A stretch of 32,000 nucleotides of DNA from Candidatus Iainarchaeum sp. (GTDB lineage Archaea > Iainarchaeota > Iainarchaeia > Iainarchaeales > DTGL01). The stretch spans positions 1-32,000 of the forward strand of contig JAVYME010000007.1 of the NCBI GenBank assembly GCA_038736825.1. The letters run 5' to 3'. The notes beneath the pieces were generated by a model. It saw nothing but the letters and a program-made list of their open reading frames with translations. It ran no database searches and was not told the DNA's origin. Of this stretch, positions 31,371-32,000 are shown one piece after another (within the stretch, counting starts at the first letter, position 1; every line of letters starts with the position of its first letter). Made by a program: the position numbers and the translations under genes.

Positions 31371-31891
31371 TTTGCTCCCCTTTCCTCTGACAAGTGCAAG
31401 TGGTCGGATTCAACTTCCACGAGTGCTTTGAATATTTGTTTTATGCGTGGGTGGGTTGATTGTTTTGCTGCGGTTTTGTAGAATTCTATTGCTCGGCTTT
31501 CTCTTGCGTGGGATTCGTTCAGGTTTTGCTTGTAGTCTGTGGTGCATTCGGCTGTTCCTTTTGGGGTTTCGTTTAGTTTTAGTATTTTTTTCCAAATGCT
31601 TGCGTGTTCTGTTTCTATTTTTGCGAGTGCTTTGAATAGTTTTTTTGCTTCTGGTTCTGGGGTTTTTTCTGCAGCACAATAGTAGAAGGTGGAATTGCTT
31701 GTTTCGACTTGGAGTGCGTGTTCTGCGTTTGTTTTGTCTTTTTCGTTTAATTCAATGTTGAATTCTGGCTTGGCTTTTTTGAAGGGTTTTATGTGTTTGC
31801 CGTTTGCTCCGCAGAACGGGCAGTTGGTTGGGTTTTTGTATCCTATGTATGGGTCTCCGCAGATTTCGCAAATCCAGAGTTTTGCTTTCAT
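31367..31891 (-). CDS. Rubrerythrin-family diiron protein with N-terminal rubredoxin-like zinc ribbon (reverse rubrerythrin layout)
   Basis: Start is placed at Met14 (MKAKLWICEICG), preceded by AAAGGAGG. The rubredoxin-like part is CEICG...CPFCG. Two E...ExxH pairs are present (QVETSN..IETEH and ARESRAIEFY..VESDH). Confidence 0.75.
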   Translation of the reverse strand: MKAKLWICEICGDPYIGYKNPTNCPFCGANGKHIKPFKKAKPEFNIELNEKDKTNAEHALQVETSNSTFYYCAAEKTPEPEAKKLFKALAKIETEHASIWKKILKLNETPKGTAECTTDYKQNLNESHARESRAIEFYKTAAKQSTHPRIKQIFKALVEVESDHLHLSEERGAK

Positions 31892-32000
31892 TTTTTTTTC
31901 CTCCTTTTTTTTTAATTGCAGTTTTTGCATTTTCCTTCAAAGATTATTTTTACTGTTTCGGGCGTGAAGTTTTTTGAGTCGAATTTTTCTATTAATTGTT

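Noticed and set aside
31126-31413. 95-aa K/N/R-rich - strand ORF from the track
   Set aside because: Its sequence is mostly a translation of the A-rich low-complexity tract. A different frame of the same region gives the NrdD-like peptide, which has a specific motif and an ATGA-coupled start.
1-32000. CRISPR arrays, transposases, integrases, restriction-modification or toxin-antitoxin pairs
   Set aside because: I looked for regularly spaced direct repeats and for characteristic motifs in all listed ORFs and recognised none.

Overview
This is most likely a fragment of a small, AT-rich archaeal genome of the DPANN type. That placement is an inference from three observations: two tRNA-Ser genes with long bulge-helix-bulge introns at position 37/38, an Orc1/Cdc6 homologue, and an archaeal-type myo-inositol-1-phosphate synthase. 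A K/E-rich proteome and tightly packed, often ATGA-overlapping genes fit the same picture. I support 25 protein-coding genes, 1 tentative mini-ORF, 2 intron-containing tRNAs, 3 hairpin+T-run terminators and several repeats. Housekeeping genes (guaA, ino1, NAD(P)HX dehydratase, argG-argH, an ACT-domain regulator, HD hydrolase, MBL hydrolase, CDGSH Fe-S protein, rubrerythrin-like protein) are interleaved with many secreted or membrane-anchored surface proteins carrying vWA, PKD, Ig-like, DUF11-like, MopE-like, TSP3-like and Cys-rich repeat modules. Four signals deserve the most follow-up. (1) Bases 1-6493 hold a tandemly duplicated two-gene cassette: a giant modular secreted HExxH protein followed by a small membrane-anchored 8-Cys partner. 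(2) The first 1.3 kb of the second giant gene (2837-4130) has an extreme G+T coding-strand skew, depleted in A and C and nearly lysine-free. This segment ends on a 59-nt perfect repeat shared with the upstream paralog at the window edge. (3) An unlisted 48-codon ORF (31224-31370) looks like the glycyl-radical C-terminus of class III ribonucleotide reductase and is translationally coupled to a rubrerythrin-like gene. (4) The Orc1/Cdc6 homologue lacks a winged-helix domain and abuts the cassette with zero spacer. No CRISPR array, transposase, integrase or reverse transcriptase was recognised. All homology calls rest on motifs read by eye, not on database searches.
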